From Candidatus Sigynarchaeum calidifontis (GTDB lineage: Archaea; Asgardarchaeota; Lokiarchaeia; Sigyniarchaeales; Sigyniarchaeaceae): DNA of 60,919 nucleotides. Below the pieces are notes generated by a model. That model was not told the DNA's origin and did no database searches. It worked only from the letters and a program-made list of their open reading frames with translations. A program made the translations under genes and the position numbers. The stretch covers positions 1-60,919 of the forward strand of contig JAUQYZ020000258.1 of NCBI GenBank assembly GCA_030587475.2, given 5' to 3'. Positions 36,667 to 51,516 of this stretch are shown one piece after another (the first letter of the stretch is position 1; each line of letters opens with the position of its first letter).

Positions 36667-39156
36667 ATGGCGCGAGAAAGCTCCCCTCTCGTGTTGTGGT
36701 ACAAGCAGCCAGCCAACGCGTGGACAGAAGCCCTACCAATCGGGAATGGCCGCATCGGCGGGATGATTTTCGGTCACGTGGACGAGGAATGCATCCAGCT
36801 CAACGAGTGCACGTTCTGGAGTGGACATCCGTATGATAAATCCAACCCGAAACTCAAGGATTACTTGCCCGTGGCCCGCAAGCTCGTTTTTGAAGGAAAA
36901 TTGACCGAGGCAGAGAAGATCATCGAGGAACACATGGGCGGCCCCAGGACCCAGTCCTATCAGCCGCTCGGCTACCTTTTCATCGAACCGGCCACGAAGG
37001 GCACCCCGTCCGATTACCGGCGGTACCTGGACATAACATCGGCAATCGCTGGCGTGGAATACAATGTCGGAGGAACCAAATACACGCGGGAAATGTTTGC
37101 CAGTGCCCCGAACAACGTAATGGTCATCGCTCTCGCGAGTAGCGATGCGGGCGGCCTCGCATTCAAGGCCCGCTTGGATTCCGAGCATCCGATCACGATC
37201 CGTGGTTCCGGTAAAGGCCTCGGATCCTTGCTCGCTGCCCGCGGACAAGCCCCGGACAATGTAGTTCCCAACTACGAGAATTCCGACAAGTCTGTGACGT
37301 ACGAGAAACACGAAGGTATGCACTTCGAGATCCAGCTCGGCATCCTCGCGTGTGATGGCGAAACAAGCGTGAATGGGAGCGAGTTACAAGTCCGTGGTGC
37401 ATCGCGCGCGGTTCTTTTGCTCGCTGCGGCGACAAGTTTTTCGGGCTTCGACAAGGAACCGGCAACGAGCGGTGTCGATCCTGCAAAGGCGTGCGAAACG
37501 TGGCTCGGAGCAGCAAAGAAAATGGATTACGAGAAATTGAAGGAGCGGCACGTGGCTGATTACTCGGCGCTTTTCGGGCGCGTGGCCATCGACCTGGGCA
37601 CGAGCCCGGATGCTGAATTGCCCACAGACGAGCGGTTGAAAAAGATAGCCATCCCTCACGCTGCTTCAAATCCCCTCACCCATTGGTTGTTGCAAGCAGA
37701 GTTCATCGAGTACGATCGGGAAGCCGAGAACGAGATCCAGAAGGGATTCGACGACCCCCAGCTCGTGGCGCTTTATTTCCAATACGGCCGGTACTTGCTC
37801 ATCTGCAGCTCGCGGCCAGGTGGGCAACCCGCCAACTTGCAAGGTATCTGGAACGACCTCGTGCGCCCGCCGTGGTCGTCGAATTACACGATGAATATTA
37901 ACATCGAGATGAATTACTGGCCCGCCGAGCCGTGTAACTTGCCGGAATGCGTCGAGCCACTCGTGCAGTTCATCAAGGAACTGCAAATTGCCGGAACCAG
38001 GACAGCGAAAGTCGATTATGGATTGCCTGGCTGGGTATGCAATCACAATAGCGACTTGTGGCGGACTTGCAACCCGATCAAAGGCTGGACCGGCTGGCAA
38101 TGGTGGCCGATGGGCGGCGCCTGGATATGCCGTCACCTCTGGGAGCACTACGCGTTCACGAAGGACAAAGCTTTCCTCAAGGAGACTTACCCGATCATGA
38201 AGGGCGCGGCGGAATTCTTGCTCGCGTACATGGCACCTGATCCATCGGGCAAGTACCTCGTGTCTGCGCCCTCCACGTCGCCGGAAAACGCGTTCTTGAT
38301 CGACGACAACAAGCGGGCGGCCAGTTGCATGGCGTCGACCATGGACGCGAGCATTACATGGGATCTCTTCACGAACCTCGTTAAAGCGAGCAAGATACTC
38401 GACATCGACAAGCCATTCCGCGACACGCTTGAAACAGCGATTTCAAAGATATATCCCTACCAAATCTCATCGCGTTACGCGGGCTGCTTGCAAGAATGGG
38501 ACAAGGACTACAAGGAAGCCGAACCCGGCCACCGGCACATGAGCCATTTGTATGGCTGGCACCCGGGCAATCGCATCATCCTGCGACGCCAGCCCGACCT
38601 CGCGGAGGCAGTTCGGAAGTCGATCGAGCGCCGGCTCGCGCATGGCGGTGGAGGGACTGGGTGGAGTGGGGCGTGGCTCGTGAACCACTTTGCCCGCCTC
38701 GAAGATGCCGAAGGGGCATATAACAAGGTACTCCTCTTGCTGCGCCGCTCGATCTACCCGAACATGTTCGATGCCCACCCACCATTCCAGATCGATGGTA
38801 ATTTCGGCGGGACGGCTGGTATCGCAGAGATGCTCTTGCAGAGCCATGGTGGCCAACAAGAAGACGACGTGGACGAGATTTCGCTGCTCCCTGCCTTGCC
38901 GAAGCAATGGCCAAAGGGATACGTGCGAGGGCTTGTCGCCCGCGGCGCGTATCAAGTGGACATCGAGTGGTCCGGGGGCTTACTCGAGACCGCGACGATC
39001 AAGTCGAGAGTCGGCGGGAAGGTGCGGCTGCGGGCCAAGTGCCCCGTCAAAATCACGTCTGATTCGGACGTAAAGGTGCTCGAAGCGAAGGCCGATCACG
39101 TGGTCTTCCAGGCCGAACCCGAGACGTTGTATCATGTCTATCCATTTAATCGGTGA
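36667..39156 (+). CDS. GH95 alpha-L-fucosidase family
   Basis: ALPIGNG, FQYGRYLLI, PANLQGIWN, NINIEMNYW, TSPEN, HRHMSHL, FQIDGNFG. Confidence 0.95.
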   Translation: MARESSPLVLWYKQPANAWTEALPIGNGRIGGMIFGHVDEECIQLNECTFWSGHPYDKSNPKLKDYLPVARKLVFEGKLTEAEKIIEEHMGGPRTQSYQPLGYLFIEPATKGTPSDYRRYLDITSAIAGVEYNVGGTKYTREMFASAPNNVMVIALASSDAGGLAFKARLDSEHPITIRGSGKGLGSLLAARGQAPDNVVPNYENSDKSVTYEKHEGMHFEIQLGILACDGETSVNGSELQVRGASRAVLLLAAATSFSGFDKEPATSGVDPAKACETWLGAAKKMDYEKLKERHVADYSALFGRVAIDLGTSPDAELPTDERLKKIAIPHAASNPLTHWLLQAEFIEYDREAENEIQKGFDDPQLVALYFQYGRYLLICSSRPGGQPANLQGIWNDLVRPPWSSNYTMNINIEMNYWPAEPCNLPECVEPLVQFIKELQIAGTRTAKVDYGLPGWVCNHNSDLWRTCNPIKGWTGWQWWPMGGAWICRHLWEHYAFTKDKAFLKETYPIMKGAAEFLLAYMAPDPSGKYLVSAPSTSPENAFLIDDNKRAASCMASTMDASITWDLFTNLVKASKILDIDKPFRDTLETAISKIYPYQISSRYAGCLQEWDKDYKEAEPGHRHMSHLYGWHPGNRIILRRQPDLAEAVRKSIERRLAHGGGGTGWSGAWLVNHFARLEDAEGAYNKVLLLLRRSIYPNMFDAHPPFQIDGNFGGTAGIAEMLLQSHGGQQEDDVDEISLLPALPKQWPKGYVRGLVARGAYQVDIEWSGGLLETATIKSRVGGKVRLRAKCPVKITSDSDVKVLEAKADHVVFQAEPETLYHVYPFNR

Positions 39157-39160
39157 TTCC

Positions 39161-40351
39161 ATGGCAAAAGCAGAAAAAACATTCGCGGCGCGCCAGAAAG
39201 CGACGTTCTTGCACAAGCCGGTCGATCGCATCGTCTGGCAGCCACGTTTTTCGGATTGGTATTACCAAAATCACGTCCTCCAGTTGCGGAAGGAGATGAA
39301 CGCGGACCAGATAGCCAAGCTCGTAACAAAATGTCCGGACTTGCCTAGGGACATCTATGGCATGGAACCCTGGGAGATCTATGATTATCTTGACGCGTCA
39401 CCACGATACCCCAGCGAATGCTGGGGTGGCATGAGTTTCTTCTATGACAAGGGTAATACGGACGCGGACGCGAACATCCAGCACAAAACGATCATTGACG
39501 ACAACGGGAACTGGTACCACAAGATCACGACCCCATACGGCGTGTTGACGGAGAGCAGGCGGGCTGGCTCGTCCTATCCTGATGAGAGAATCCTCAAAAA
39601 GCGGGAGGACTTCAAGGCGGTGCTTTATTACATCGAGAATCACACGAAAGAGCACCTTTTCAACGAGAACATGTACAACATCTTCCTCGAGGTGAATGAA
39701 GGCCGGTGCGTCTCCGTGGGGGGGCCATGGCGTAGTCCCTACAACAAATGCATCGTCGAGCTCGCGGGTACCAAGAACACGATGCTCCTCATGAAGCGAT
39801 ACACCAAGGAATTCGACGAGTTCTGCGACGAGCTGGCCCGGATCAATTTCGAAGTCATCATGCCGGTAGAGATGAACAGTCCCGTAGAGTTCATCAGTTG
39901 CGGTGATAACGTGGATGCCATGAACAATCCACCTTACGTCTACGAGAAATATATCCTTCCCTACTTCGAGCGAGTGGCCAAAGAATGCAAGCGGGCGGGG
40001 AAATTCACTTTTGCCCATTTTGATGGACATCTCCATGATCTACTTCCATACTTGAGCAACGAGCGTTACCCGTTCGATGGCATCGAGGCACCGACGATCA
40101 AGCCGCAAGGTGATGTAACGCTGGAGGAATTGCGGAAAGCACTCGGCGACCGCATCATCGTCCTCGATGGCATCCCGTCCACGATATTCTTGCCACATTT
40201 CACGGATGAACAATTCGACAAGCTCGTGAAGGATGTACTCGACGCGTTCGCGCCGAACATCATCCTCGGGGTAAGCGACGAATACTCGCCGAACGGCCTG
40301 TTTAGCAGGTTGAAGCGCGTGGCGAGCATCGTGGAAAAATTCAGGACATGA
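39161..40351 (+). CDS. Uroporphyrinogen decarboxylase/MtaA-like family protein
   Basis: GDN, PYF, HFDG, GIEA, PQGD, DGIP, ILGVSDE. Confidence 0.75.
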   Translation: MAKAEKTFAARQKATFLHKPVDRIVWQPRFSDWYYQNHVLQLRKEMNADQIAKLVTKCPDLPRDIYGMEPWEIYDYLDASPRYPSECWGGMSFFYDKGNTDADANIQHKTIIDDNGNWYHKITTPYGVLTESRRAGSSYPDERILKKREDFKAVLYYIENHTKEHLFNENMYNIFLEVNEGRCVSVGGPWRSPYNKCIVELAGTKNTMLLMKRYTKEFDEFCDELARINFEVIMPVEMNSPVEFISCGDNVDAMNNPPYVYEKYILPYFERVAKECKRAGKFTFAHFDGHLHDLLPYLSNERYPFDGIEAPTIKPQGDVTLEELRKALGDRIIVLDGIPSTIFLPHFTDEQFDKLVKDVLDAFAPNIILGVSDEYSPNGLFSRLKRVASIVEKFRT

Positions 40352-40375
40352 GTCCGTGGTTCGGTGATAATTCCT

Positions 40376-41545
40376 TTAATTTTCCTTGAACTTGCCCCCG
40401 TGCTGCGCGAGGACGTGCAAGACCGCCTTCTTGAAAGCTTTCGACCCTTTTAACTTGGTGATGTAGGTCTTGCCCTCCCGCGATGCAATGTCATAGCAAG
40501 AGCCACAATGTGAACACTGCACGATGTGGTGGATGCCTGTCGGGTCATCCACGAAGTGCTGCAAGTGTTCGCCGATCAAGGGTGGTTTTTCCCCTCGCTT
40601 CGTGTTTTCGATCACTTTACAATAATCGCAAGAGGAAAGCTCGTTCGGGATCGTCACCTTGAGATGCTCGAGAGCTGCCTCGAACTTCGCGCTGTTCTGG
40701 TGAAAGGCTCTGCTCCATTCGAGACGTGTGTTCTTTGCGAGTTCTTTCTGGCCATTCTTCTTGGCGAGGAACATCATGAGGTAGTCGATGATCTCGCGCG
40801 GGGTTTTACCGCCCTCCTCGGGACGTTTGAGCCATGATCGGTCGAGAAAAATAGGCTTGTAGAACGTCACGCCGACAGGGCCCGCGACGTGCGAGACGCC
40901 GAACCGGTGAGCACCCTCGCCACGGATTAACACCGGTAAAAATGGGATGCGATCCTTGTCATGGTTGATTGCTGCATATACGGGAACGATCGCCGAGAAG
41001 CCTTGCTCGATCGGGCCACGATGCGGATGCCCCTCCGGCCACAAGGCGAAGTACTTGTTCTTCTGCAAGATGAGGCGTATCATCTTCTCGATCGCGCCTT
41101 GCCGGCTCAAGCCTCGCATGTTGGTCATGCCATAGACATCGGCGATCGTGTCCGCAAACCAGCCATTCCCCCACGCGACGAACATCGCGAATGGCATATC
41201 GGGGACGCACGCGAAGACGTAAAGAGGATCGTAACTACCAGGATGGTTCACGTAAAAGATACAACCAGATTTCGGGATGTTTTCTACCCCCCGCCACGTC
41301 AGCTTGTTGAATGCTTTGAAATAGAGCCGGAACACGCGCATCAACAGCTTGAACGCGACGATCGCCCGGATTCCGCTGAACATGCCCGTGGCCTTGATGA
41401 TGCGGCTGGCAACGGCCTCCAGAGCGATGATCGGCACCGGTTGCTGCTTCCAACGCTCGTACCGGTCTGCGAGCGTGTCCACGGGTAGCTCGCAGCGCTC
41501 GTGCATCCACGACGTGAATTCCGGGTGGGGGATCTTATCTGGCAT
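40376..41545 (-). CDS. PlsC-family lysophospholipid acyltransferase with C-terminal Cys-rich domain
   Basis: GVENIP, NHPGSYD (HX4D), LWPEG; tail CDYC...CSHC. Confidence 0.8.
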   Translation of the reverse strand: MPDKIPHPEFTSWMHERCELPVDTLADRYERWKQQPVPIIALEAVASRIIKATGMFSGIRAIVAFKLLMRVFRLYFKAFNKLTWRGVENIPKSGCIFYVNHPGSYDPLYVFACVPDMPFAMFVAWGNGWFADTIADVYGMTNMRGLSRQGAIEKMIRLILQKNKYFALWPEGHPHRGPIEQGFSAIVPVYAAINHDKDRIPFLPVLIRGEGAHRFGVSHVAGPVGVTFYKPIFLDRSWLKRPEEGGKTPREIIDYLMMFLAKKNGQKELAKNTRLEWSRAFHQNSAKFEAALEHLKVTIPNELSSCDYCKVIENTKRGEKPPLIGEHLQHFVDDPTGIHHIVQCSHCGSCYDIASREGKTYITKLKGSKAFKKAVLHVLAQHGGKFKEN

Positions 41546-41621
41546 GGTGGAACACGATCCATGAGGATGCCACACTTAAAAGCTGGTGCCAATGGATAGA
41601 GAATATTGCCGATTTAAATCA

Positions 41622-42725
41622 TCAATATTGGACGTTCATATCCTTCCAGTAGTCCGGTACCCAGACAGAGCGGCCGGTGCGTGATGATTCGAGACATGCC
41701 ATCGTGACGGCGAAAGACTTGAAGGCCTCCTTGAAGTTAGTGTCTGGCTGCATTTTTCCCTTGGAATCGATGCCTCTGCTCATCTGTTCAAGGATGACCA
41801 TCTGGCCGTCGTAGCCCTTGCCCGTACCGGCCACGTCGTTATCGCTCGGGTAGAAGTCCTCCTCCCATTTCGTGCCTTGCGGGTCGGTATAAAGCCACAA
41901 GTGCAGGCCCCCGAATTTGTGATCAATAACGAATCTGCCTCGGTCGCCGGAAAACTCCCAGAAATAATCTGGCTCGCCCCGGCGCTGCCAGTCGCTATAA
42001 TACTCGACCCATGCCCACTTGCGTCGGTGCTGGTAATCTTCGGGCCTGGCAAGGGCAAAATGTGCCAGTGTCGTGCTGCTTCCTTGCCATTCAGAGAAAT
42101 TCGGTATGAACACGTCGGCCTTGACTTGCACGATGTCCATCCCGGAAATATATCGGATGAGATCGATGAAATGGACTGCCTGGTCTTCCAAGTTCAAGTC
42201 TTGAAGCCACCGGCGCCACCCCTCGCGGATGCCAGACCAGTTGAAGCTCTCGTGCGCCCTGACGAAGCAAAGTTTCCCGATCTGGTTGGCCGGCCCCTGC
42301 AAGTACTTGTGTGCGGTCCAGTTCGGCTTGAAAAATCGATACTGCGTCCCCACGGCGGTGCAGAGTTCCGGGTGATCGATCGCCATCTGTAGCATCTGTC
42401 TACCTTGGTTTATGTTAGTAGCCATGTTTTTCTCGCAGATCACGTTGATGCCGTTGTCTATGCAATCTTTCACGAGCACGTGGTGGGTATAAATGGGCGT
42501 CGCGATGATCGCCATGTCTGGCTTCTGGCCATACTTGATCGCGTCCTCGATGCTTATGTAGGCCTGGTCTTCAGAAAGTCCAGTGATCTTGGGCACGTTT
42601 TCGAGCAGTTCCGTGTCCGTGTCGACGACGCCAACGAGTTTCCAATCCGGGTGTTTTTGCACTGCCTTGAGCCAGCTATTGCGCGCGTGGCCACCCAAGC
42701 CGATTATAACGCACGTCTTTACCAT
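41622..42725 (-). CDS. Gfo/Idh/MocA-family oxidoreductase
   Basis: IIGLGG, IATP..H, VICEK, DQAVHFID. Start MVKTC at 42725. Confidence 0.9.
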   Translation of the reverse strand: MVKTCVIIGLGGHARNSWLKAVQKHPDWKLVGVVDTDTELLENVPKITGLSEDQAYISIEDAIKYGQKPDMAIIATPIYTHHVLVKDCIDNGINVICEKNMATNINQGRQMLQMAIDHPELCTAVGTQYRFFKPNWTAHKYLQGPANQIGKLCFVRAHESFNWSGIREGWRRWLQDLNLEDQAVHFIDLIRYISGMDIVQVKADVFIPNFSEWQGSSTTLAHFALARPEDYQHRRKWAWVEYYSDWQRRGEPDYFWEFSGDRGRFVIDHKFGGLHLWLYTDPQGTKWEEDFYPSDNDVAGTGKGYDGQMVILEQMSRGIDSKGKMQPDTNFKEAFKSFAVTMACLESSRTGRSVWVPDYWKDMNVQY

Positions 42726-42788
42726 GATAGGTGATCTACATCTAGGTTCAATAAAAACGGATATTGAAAAAAAGGGGATATCCCATAA

Positions 42789-46121
<3,333 letters not shown>

Positions 46122-46234
46122 CCTGCCACTTGTTTTATCCCGTTTTCTATGTCCTGTTCTTTTATTACCAACCTTTTCAATACATCTTGCACGTGGTTGA
46201 ATGAAATAACAAATTCAGAAAAAAGAGATAGTTT

Positions 46235-46934
<700 letters not shown>

Positions 46935-46942
<8 letters not shown>

Positions 46943-48101
46943 TGCGTATCACCTCTATCACGTTTAGCTTCGAGGCCCGTAGAGCCGGGCTCGCGGCGGC
47001 GATAATGCACGCGATGATGGCGATAACGGCCGAGATGATGATCAAGTTCCAATCGAGAACGAAATAGATCAATGGCCCGCCCGTGGCAGAATCTCGTACA
47101 TTTGTTGCGAATCCCCAGAACAAGAAAATTCCTAACAAAATGCCCAGCGTGGTGCCTCCTATACCGAATATAGCCCCCTCCAAGATGAAAATATTGGAGG
47201 CTTGCTTGTCGTTCGTGCCCATGGCCTTCAAGATGCCCAGCTGGCGGCTTTTCTGAACCACGGTGATCGCCAGCGTGCTCGAGATACCGAGCACGACGGA
47301 TATCAAGACGAAGGCCTGGATCATGTACGTCGAGATCGACTGCGCTTGAAAACCGGATAGTAGTTGCGCGTTCTGTTCTTGCCATGCAACCACCTTGAGG
47401 TCTGGCCGACCGATGAGTGATTTGATCGAGGTGGCTATGTCTTTCGCCTTGAAAGGGTCATTTACTTGTATGTTAATGGACGTGATGTTCGTGCCGTATC
47501 CGAAAATGGCAGTGGTGGTCTGCTTCGTCGTGATGACCCACAGCTTGTTAACCGCGGCGACTCCCACGTCGTAAAACCCGACAATCGTGACGTTATCCGT
47601 TTCGAATGGTTTGGCAAGATCTGTCTGTAACACGAGTGTATCCCCGAGGCGCAAGCCGTGCTCAACTTGCATTTCCCTGCCAATGATGGTTTCATTGGTG
47701 CTCGCCGGGGCCCTCCCCTCATAGATGGTATCGAGAAATCCATATATTTTATCGGCCTCGGCGATGTCAAATCCACGGAGCAGCACGAGCGCGTCTTTCG
47801 TGAAGTTCCTGACGAAGGCTTGCCCGTCTTGCGCTGTCGCGACGGTCGATACGCCGTCGATCCCTCGTATCGATTGCACGGGGCTTGTCCAATTCGATAT
47901 CTGGGGATTGGCCAAGTCGGACGTGATGACGATGTGCGGCGAGTTCCCGATCGTGCGATCGAGGAGTGTCTTTTGCAACCCACCGATCAAGCTGCCTACA
48001 AAGATCTGGACCGCCACGCCGAGAGCAATACCGAAAATAATGAAGAACGTCTGTTTCTTGTTCGCGGACAAGAAACGTTTCGCTATGATCGACGCAAACA
48101 T
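46935..48101 (-). CDS. ABC transporter permease (LolC/E-FtsX-MacB type)
   Basis: GIALGV TM1, large extracellular loop, QLGILKAMG, three C-terminal TMs. Confidence 0.9.
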
Positions 48102-48102
48102 T

Positions 48103-48747
48103 TCAATTCCCTCCGAGCTTGCTGATTTCATCCACGCTTGACAAGTACATGTCCGCACCGAGTTTATCGCGCATATCTTGCCTGCCCTTCAAGGCAGACC
48201 CGCCGATGATGATTTTTACCCCTCCGGGCGCTATCTTCTTGATATCAGCAATGATTTGCCGTGTCTTGAACAGGTGATACGGGTTCGATACGGAGATCGC
48301 TACGAACCCCGGCTTGGTCGCCTCGATGGCCGAGAGAACGGAGGCGCTCGGCGTGCTCGAGCCAATAAAGATGGCCTTGTAACCAGCCATCGAGAAGAAA
48401 TCGGCAACCATGCGGGCGCCGATCTCGTGCGTTTCCTCCGGCGGGCATAAGACCAGAACCCCGACTTCTTTATTCTTCGCGTACTTGCTTGCATCTCGCT
48501 GTTTAAGAACGAATGGATATGCAATCTCGATAATAGTGCGAACAATGCTTGTCTTGACGTGTTCTTTCCAGATACACATCGCTTCGTTTTTTTCCAGACA
48601 GACAATCATGTTTAATGCGGGCGTCAAAACGTTGATATAGAGATCGGCAATTTTCAAGCCACGTTCTAGTTGATCCAGCGCCCAATTCACGCATTTTTCT
48701 TTATCTTCCTCTTCCAACAATTTCATGAATTCTGCTTTTAAATCCAC
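48103..48747 (-). CDS. Stand-alone cobalamin-binding domain protein (four-helix cap plus Rossmann domain)
   Basis: WKEH in cap, EETHEIG base-off/His-on motif, AISVS, IIIGG. Start uncertain (48726-48783). Confidence 0.85.
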   Translation of the reverse strand: MDLKAEFMKLLEEEDKEKCVNWALDQLERGLKIADLYINVLTPALNMIVCLEKNEAMCIWKEHVKTSIVRTIIEIAYPFVLKQRDASKYAKNKEVGVLVLCPPEETHEIGARMVADFFSMAGYKAIFIGSSTPSASVLSAIEATKPGFVAISVSNPYHLFKTRQIIADIKKIAPGGVKIIIGGSALKGRQDMRDKLGADMYLSSVDEISKLGGN

Positions 48748-48936
48748 GATTGAAACACCCCTTAATGCTTGAAAAATAGTCATCCAGACAACATGATGGC
48801 ATATCGAATAGGGTCATCACGTGTCTCAAAAAAGTGACGCTTATCTGGACAAACCAAAATGTCGCGTTTGCGTATTGACACGCTAGTGTGTGGATAGGCA
48901 ATATGTTTTATTCCCCGTAAACCCATCTTGATATGC

Positions 48937-50109
48937 ATGACCAACTCGATGACACCCCGCGAGCGCGTGCTCTCGGCGCTCGACCGCCAGCAACCCGACA
49001 GAGTACCGATCGACCTCGGCGGCAACCAGTCCGGCATACATATCAAGGCCTACATGAAATTACTTTCGTACCTGGGCATCACGGATGACCATGTACTATT
49101 CAGCGACATTGCCCAGCACATCGTCCTTCCTTGCGAGGCCTTGCTCGAACGATTCCACGCGGACGTCCGGTACGTGCGCCCCCTATCGAGTTACCGGGAT
49201 CCGAAAGCGCCGGGTCTGCAGATCGAGGGATCGAACCAGGGGATTTACGATGATTTCGGGGTTTTCTGGGGAATCGACGCGGGGAAAAGCCTCGATGAGA
49301 TCCTCTACCTTGACCCCGTCGGCCACCCGCTCGCGAGTGCATCGTCCGTCTCGGACATCGAGGCATTCCCCTGGCCGGACGGAAAAAACCCTGCCCCCTT
49401 CAAAGGATTGGGAGAGATCGCCAGGAAACTTCACGGCACCACGTCATACGCCGTTTCCACCAGCCCGATCGGCAATATATTCGAATATATCACGTTCCTC
49501 ATGGGATTCGTGAAAACTCTGCGTTTCGTGCGAACGAAACCCGAAATCATCATCGCCACGATGAAACACTTGCTACAATACTGGAAGGATTACACGACGG
49601 CATTTTTCAAGGAGGTCGGGAAAAACGTTGACATCGTCTGCATCAACGGTGATCTCGCGGAGCAAGCCGGACCCATCATCGATCCCGCGTTCTATGCCAA
49701 GCACGTGCTGCCGATGGATAAGGAACTTGTAAACCATATCAAGCGCCTCGCTCCCGTGAAAATAAATTACCACTGTTGCGGATCGGTGCCTCTATTCATC
49801 CCGCATTTTGCCAGAGCCGGGTTCGATGCCATCAATCCTGTCCAGGTTTCGGCGTACGATATGGAGCCTTGTTCACTCAAGAATCGCTTCGGGAACATGA
49901 TCAGTTTCTGGGGCGGCTTGTGCAACGCCCAAGAGATATTGCCCTTTGGTTCTCCCGACCAAATCCGTGCCGAGGTGAAGCACAATCTCACGTGCTTGAA
50001 GCCGGGGGGTGGCTATGTTGCCGCGAACATTCATAACATCACGGCCGAGGTGCCACCGCAAAACATCGTTTCAATGTTCGACGCTGCCTACGAATTTGGC
50101 AAATATTGA
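48937..50109 (+). CDS. UroD/MtaA-CmuA family protein, paralog 1
   Basis: PDRVPIDLGG, GDL, YHCCGS, INPVQ, FWGG, HNI. Confidence 0.85.
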   Translation: MTNSMTPRERVLSALDRQQPDRVPIDLGGNQSGIHIKAYMKLLSYLGITDDHVLFSDIAQHIVLPCEALLERFHADVRYVRPLSSYRDPKAPGLQIEGSNQGIYDDFGVFWGIDAGKSLDEILYLDPVGHPLASASSVSDIEAFPWPDGKNPAPFKGLGEIARKLHGTTSYAVSTSPIGNIFEYITFLMGFVKTLRFVRTKPEIIIATMKHLLQYWKDYTTAFFKEVGKNVDIVCINGDLAEQAGPIIDPAFYAKHVLPMDKELVNHIKRLAPVKINYHCCGSVPLFIPHFARAGFDAINPVQVSAYDMEPCSLKNRFGNMISFWGGLCNAQEILPFGSPDQIRAEVKHNLTCLKPGGGYVAANIHNITAEVPPQNIVSMFDAAYEFGKY

Positions 50110-50130
50110 TGGTGACCTAACACGGCCACC

Positions 50131-51315
50131 ATGACATCTCGCCAGCGCGTCATCGCTGCATTGGAGCACCGGCAACCGGATCGCGTGCCGATCGACTTGG
50201 GTGGCAACCAGAGTGGCATCCACGTGCGTGCTTACAAGCGTGTCCTGGCACAGCTCGGCATCCACGAGGACAAGACCGTCCTTTGCCATTTTACCCAGCA
50301 GCTCGCCCGTCCTTGCGAGGCGTTGCTCGAGCGGTTCCACGTTGACACCCGATGGATCCGGCCGATAGGGAGCTACATTGACTACGATCGCCAGGAACTG
50401 CAGCACGAGCGCGGGTTCGTGGGGTGCTTCGACCAATTCCACGTTTTCTGGGGCCAGGATGAAAAAAAATCGGTCGAGGATATTTTATACTACGATCCGG
50501 TCATCCATCCCCTGGCTGATGCGAAGACGGTGCAAGACATCGAGCGCCACGACTGGCCAGATGGCAAAGACAAGTCAATTTTTAAGGGATTAAAGGATGT
50601 AGCCCGCCAGCTCCACGAGCACACCACCTACGCGGTCTGCTCCACGGCGATCGGGAACACGTTCGAGACTTGCACGTTTCTCTTCGGTCTGGTCAAGGCA
50701 ATGAAGCTCGTTCGGACAAACCCTGCGCTGCTCGATGCTGCTATGCGCCGGCTGCTCGAGTATTGGACAGATTACAACACGACGTACTTGGGTGAAGTTG
50801 GCGAGTTCATCGACGTGGCTTGCTTCAACGGGGATCTCGCGGGCCAGGATGGCCCGCTCATCAACCCCTCGTTCTACGAGAAACACGTGAAGCCAGTGGA
50901 CGCTTTACTCGTCAAGCACATCAAGTCGCTCGTGCCCGGGATCAAGCTCAATTACCATACTTGCGGCTCGGTGCCGGCATTCATCCCCCACCTTGCCGAC
51001 GTCGGCTTCGATTCTGTCAATCCTGTCCAAGTATCCGCGCGCGACATGGAACCAAGTAGCCTCAAGCAGCGGTTCGGCAAACTCATCACGTTCTGGGGGG
51101 GACTGTGTAACCCGCAAGGAACGCTGCCGTTCGGAACACCCGAGCAAGTTCAAGCCGAAGTCAAGCGCAACGTTCAAATGTTCAAGATTGGCGGGGGTTT
51201 TATCGCGGCGAGCGTGCACAACATCACGGCCGAGGTGCCAGCAGCCAACATCGTTGCCATGTTCGACACAGCCATTGAAAACGCGGCTTATGTAGAAAAA
51301 AAGAACGTTTCATAG
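50131..51315 (+). CDS. UroD/MtaA-CmuA family protein, paralog 2
   Basis: PDRVPIDLGGNQSGIH, YHTCGS, NPVQ, FWGG, HNITAEVP; closely similar to the upstream paralog. Confidence 0.85.
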   Translation: MTSRQRVIAALEHRQPDRVPIDLGGNQSGIHVRAYKRVLAQLGIHEDKTVLCHFTQQLARPCEALLERFHVDTRWIRPIGSYIDYDRQELQHERGFVGCFDQFHVFWGQDEKKSVEDILYYDPVIHPLADAKTVQDIERHDWPDGKDKSIFKGLKDVARQLHEHTTYAVCSTAIGNTFETCTFLFGLVKAMKLVRTNPALLDAAMRRLLEYWTDYNTTYLGEVGEFIDVACFNGDLAGQDGPLINPSFYEKHVKPVDALLVKHIKSLVPGIKLNYHTCGSVPAFIPHLADVGFDSVNPVQVSARDMEPSSLKQRFGKLITFWGGLCNPQGTLPFGTPEQVQAEVKRNVQMFKIGGGFIAASVHNITAEVPAANIVAMFDTAIENAAYVEKKNVS

Positions 51316-51516
51316 CTGCATACCGCCTTTAATGTTCCATGAACTAGACTATCGGGAGTTCTCTTGCAATCGGGGCGATTAATAAGGGCAGCGTTGGGGA
51401 ATTCCATAATAATCCAAGCTGGATGAAATGGTTTCACGGTTTCGCAGTTTTTATTTTATACAAGACGATTATCGACGCGGCATATTGTTTTTATCACATG
51501 AATCCTTGGTTCACGA

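Noticed and set aside
48786-48826. Imperfect hairpin upstream of the B12-binding gene (possible cobalamin riboswitch or SECIS)
   Set aside because: Lacks the B12-box and conserved riboswitch core, and lacks the tandem GA quartet of SECIS.
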